From positions 1 through 64,000 of the forward strand of contig CAWHAA010000002.1 in the NCBI GenBank assembly GCA_963827275.1: 64,000 bases of DNA, read 5' to 3'. The notes beneath the pieces were generated by a model. It ran no database searches. It was given only the letters and a program-made list of their open reading frames with translations, and was not told where the DNA came from. Shown here one piece after another: positions 61,036 through 64,000 of the stretch. The translations under genes and the position numbers were made by a program. The stretch is from an uncultured Spirochaetota bacterium. Lineage in GTDB: Bacteria > Spirochaetota > UBA4802 > UBA5550. Position 1 is the stretch's first letter. Every line of letters begins with the position of its first letter.

Positions 61036-61470
61036 CTATACTCCTGAGTGTCCGAACCCGCCGTCATTGCGCCCGGTCCGGTTCAGTTCATCCGTTGCAA
61101 TGAAGTCTCCCCGGTAGACCTTATTGAATACCATCTGGGCGATCCTCATGCCGCTGGTGATCGTAAAATCCTCCCTGCCCAGGTTGGTCATGATGATCTT
61201 GATTTCGCCCCGGTAATCCGAATCGATCGTCCCGGGGGTATTGAGCAGGGTGATGCCGTGCTTCAGCGCAAGACCGCTCCGCGGCCGGACCTGCGCCTCA
61301 TAGCCATCCGGCAGTTCCATGAAAATACCGGTTGGGATAAGAGTCGTCTCCCCCGCTTTCAGGGTGATGGCTTGATCAAGCAGGGCGCATATATCCGCCC
61401 CCGATGCGCCGTCACTCTGGTAGGAAGGGAACTTCGCTCCGGGCAGAACATGTATTTTTACCGGTATCAT
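61036..61470 (-). CDS. dut: dUTP diphosphatase
   Basis: ASGAD; RPRSGLA; GTIDSDYRGE; RIAQ; RNDGGFGHSG. Confidence 0.97.
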   Translation of the reverse strand: MIPVKIHVLPGAKFPSYQSDGASGADICALLDQAITLKAGETTLIPTGIFMELPDGYEAQVRPRSGLALKHGITLLNTPGTIDSDYRGEIKIIMTNLGREDFTITSGMRIAQMVFNKVYRGDFIATDELNRTGRNDGGFGHSGV

Positions 61471-61720
61471 AAATCAATGATCATTTTTTGTTATATGATC
61501 TACTTTGTCAAGTTAATCGTCTGTCAGGCCGGTACAATTGGCGCCCTTATCAACGTCCTTCCGCCCCGCCGCAGTCACTATATGCACCCCTATTCCTGCA
61601 TCGTGGCGGGCGAAAGAGGAAGAGATAATTATGCCCGGATATCGCGAAATAGTTATTGCCGGCCGCGAAATGCTCCGATATTGATACAATATCAAATTAC
61701 TCGGCGATCGACAAAACGCA

Positions 61721-62545
61721 ATGGCGAAACAATCACTGGTAACCAGATTCAACAACGCGGTGCAATTAGAAAAGACCGGCGCCTATGATGCGGCCCTGAA
61801 TGAATATGTACGGATCATTGCAGAAGACCCCTCGTTCAAAAGCGCCCATCTGAACCTCGGTTCGCTCTATTCGCGGATGAACAGGCTCCCCGAGGCGATG
61901 AAATGTTTCGAAGACGCACTCTCACTCGGTCCCGATCCTATTGCCCACTTTAACATCGGTTCAATTTTTTACAAGATGGGAATGTATGCCAACGCGCTCA
62001 TCAGCCTTGAAAAGGCATCCGCGCTGAAAGAGAATTTCACGATATCCGTGCTTATCGCGGGACTGAGCCACAGCCGACTGAACCATTTCCCCGAAGCCGA
62101 GCGCTGCTTTTCTTCTGTTCTTCGCTCCTGGCCTGATAACCGCATCGCCCTGACCGCGCTCGCAATCTTATGCTATACCACCGGCAGATTTGATGAGTCA
62201 CTCCGGCTTTTAAACAGGCTGCTCGGTATGGACGAAAGCAACATTAAGATCAGAAAATTAAAATCGAATATCTTGCTGAAAATAGGACGTGCCGGCGAAT
62301 CAGCGAATGAAATAAAAATCATTAAAAGGAAGGCCGCCGGATATAAATATTTCGATGAATACATCAAGTCAATAGCCATTGAATCGCTGACTGATAAATA
62401 CGGCACAATCGATGATAAAATTGAATCGCTGCATGACAGGATCAAGGATGACACCGGCAGCCTCATTTCCCTGAGCCTCTGCCATCTTTTCAAGGGAGAT
62501 ACTGATACTGCCATCGATTACCTTTTTAAATATAAAAAGAAATAG
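61721..62545 (+). CDS. Tetratricopeptide repeat protein
   Basis: AHLNLGSLY, AHFNIGSIFY and similar TPR motifs. Confidence 0.82.
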   Translation: MAKQSLVTRFNNAVQLEKTGAYDAALNEYVRIIAEDPSFKSAHLNLGSLYSRMNRLPEAMKCFEDALSLGPDPIAHFNIGSIFYKMGMYANALISLEKASALKENFTISVLIAGLSHSRLNHFPEAERCFSSVLRSWPDNRIALTALAILCYTTGRFDESLRLLNRLLGMDESNIKIRKLKSNILLKIGRAGESANEIKIIKRKAAGYKYFDEYIKSIAIESLTDKYGTIDDKIESLHDRIKDDTGSLISLSLCHLFKGDTDTAIDYLFKYKKK

Positions 62546-62657
62546 CATCTCTTTATGCCAGATTACACCGGACTTTAAAATACCTCAAAAATTAATATTT
62601 TTAAAATTTTTTAATAAATTTTATTGACAATTTTTTCAATAAATTACTTATGGTAAG

Positions 62658-62775
<118 letters not shown>

Positions 62776-62790
62776 CTTGAAATCATACAT

Positions 62791-62826
62791 AATAAAAAAG
62801 CCATGGAAAACCATGGCTTTTTTATT
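62791..62826. terminator. Bidirectional intrinsic terminator
   Basis: AATAAAAAAGCCATGG-AAAA-CCATGGCTTTTTTATT perfect inverted repeat between the convergent rrf and lipoprotein gene. Confidence 0.88.
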
Positions 62827-62844
62827 TCTATTTTGCCTCTTTTC

Positions 62845-63300
62845 TTATTCCCACTTGGCAGCGGAAACCTTATTTTTGAGACCCTTTGCATGGACTTCAT
62901 AAATAATTTCGCAGTTCTGATCATCATCCCAGGTGACCTTTTTCACAGAACCGCCCTTGGCGATGGCTTTCAATTCCTGTGCAACCGCTATGCCGGTCAT
63001 TTCGAAATTTTCCATCCCCGAGGCGCCTTCGATCTTTGAGCCCTTGAATTTCTCGATCACCTGGTATTGCGCGTTCAGTATCGCGGCCCGCTTCGAAGAT
63101 TCTTTTCTCTGTACCACATTTTCCAGGGTCTTAAGGGGAACTCCCGCGGTCGCGAGCCTGTAGGTATCATCATCAATCCAGCCCTCAGTGGTAAAGGACT
63201 CGCCTTCCACGGTCCCGCCGATCTTCTTGCCGCTGCATGATGTCAACGCCAGCACGAGCGCGGCTGTAAAAATCAGTGCGAATATCAACAACTTCTTCAT
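62845..63300 (-). CDS. Lipoprotein, LipL21/LPP20-like
   Basis: Lipobox LTSC; TTEGW; KFKGSKIEGASG; CEIIY recall Leptospira LipL21. Confidence 0.65.
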   Translation of the reverse strand: MKKLLIFALIFTAALVLALTSCSGKKIGGTVEGESFTTEGWIDDDTYRLATAGVPLKTLENVVQRKESSKRAAILNAQYQVIEKFKGSKIEGASGMENFEMTGIAVAQELKAIAKGGSVKKVTWDDDQNCEIIYEVHAKGLKNKVSAAKWE

Positions 63301-63401
63301 CTAACTTCCTCCTCGTAACAGATATTTTATAGTTTCCCGAACATTGACGCTCTTTCAGGAATTAATTACTTCCCGGCAGCCCCGGTCCGACTGCGGCCTG
63401 T

Positions 63402-63932
63402 TCATTCATTGGCGACGCGATGAACTGCAATCCCGACCAGTATTGTTATCAGGATAAAATTCGCGAAGAACCATAAAAAATGGACAGACTTGTTGACCGC
63501 CCAGTTGTACATGAGTGATGCGGCGGTGCCGGCACCGAAGCCGATGATAATAATAGTATTGTACTTGGCGAACATGCCCATTGCGGTATCATATAAACTC
63601 CCGCCTGTCGTTACGTTCGCCTTATCGATGTTTTTCTTAAGCAGGGGAAATGAATAATACATCGCAGCGAACAGGATCGCCGAATTCAGCACCCAGTGCT
63701 CGGTTATCATCGTAAGGGCAACCCCCAGCAGCGCAGAGACGGCACACGTTATGACGAAAAGCGGCAGGGAATATTCGTCCACGATACGGTCACGCAGCCG
63801 TGAAAGATACGGCATGACCGCCTTTAACTCCTCTTTGCTGAATTTATCCTGGGTAATATACAGGTTCACATAGTAACTACCAAGAACCACTATCACAATA
63901 TACATGGTAAATAATGATATAAATTCTATCAC
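63402..63932 (-). CDS. Hypothetical integral membrane protein
   Basis: About 5 hydrophobic segments; GTG start with AGGAG RBS. Confidence 0.65.
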   Translation of the reverse strand: MIEFISLFTMYIVIVVLGSYYVNLYITQDKFSKEELKAVMPYLSRLRDRIVDEYSLPLFVITCAVSALLGVALTMITEHWVLNSAILFAAMYYSFPLLKKNIDKANVTTGGSLYDTAMGMFAKYNTIIIIGFGAGTAASLMYNWAVNKSVHFLWFFANFILITILVGIAVHRVANE

Positions 63933-64000
63933 GGGATGCTCCTTGGTCAAAAAATAATATAAACTAACGAGATAATCAAAACAAAAAGTCAATCATTTTT

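Overview
Gene-dense, GC-rich bacterial chromosome segment. Several genes point to an uncultured spirochaete related to the Leptospira lineage (inference): a spiro-SPASM radical SAM locus, a LipL21-like lipoprotein, TRL-like lipoproteins, citramalate synthase and a stand-alone 5S rRNA. Most of the window is core or metabolic genes (cimA, ppdK, purD, purA, nadC, uvrB, amtB-glnK, ftsK, rnj, dut, map, nikR, tRNA-Glu/tRNA-Lys, 5S rRNA). I saw no transposase, integrase, prophage or CRISPR array. The most notable items: (1) a SurA / spiro-SPASM / SpsF / SpsG-like glycan-modification cluster; (2) an lva/ACAD10-11-like 4-hydroxyacyl-CoA catabolic operon divergent from etfBA, with a clear palindromic operator; (3) an actinobacterial GlnR-like regulator near amtB-glnK, with candidate GlnR boxes; (4) a ~175-nt structured RNA candidate upstream of cimA overlapping a Thr/Ile/Val-rich mini-ORF; (5) a GlpD plus alkyl-DHAP-synthase-like pair; (6) an rtcB-archease pair; (7) a 23-aa hydrophobic mini-protein with a very strong RBS in an AT-rich island; (8) a probable 7(1)-knot repeat protein. 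Two single-base frameshifts (phosphotransferase, ppdK) are probably assembly errors. All calls come from motif recognition by eye; no searches were run.
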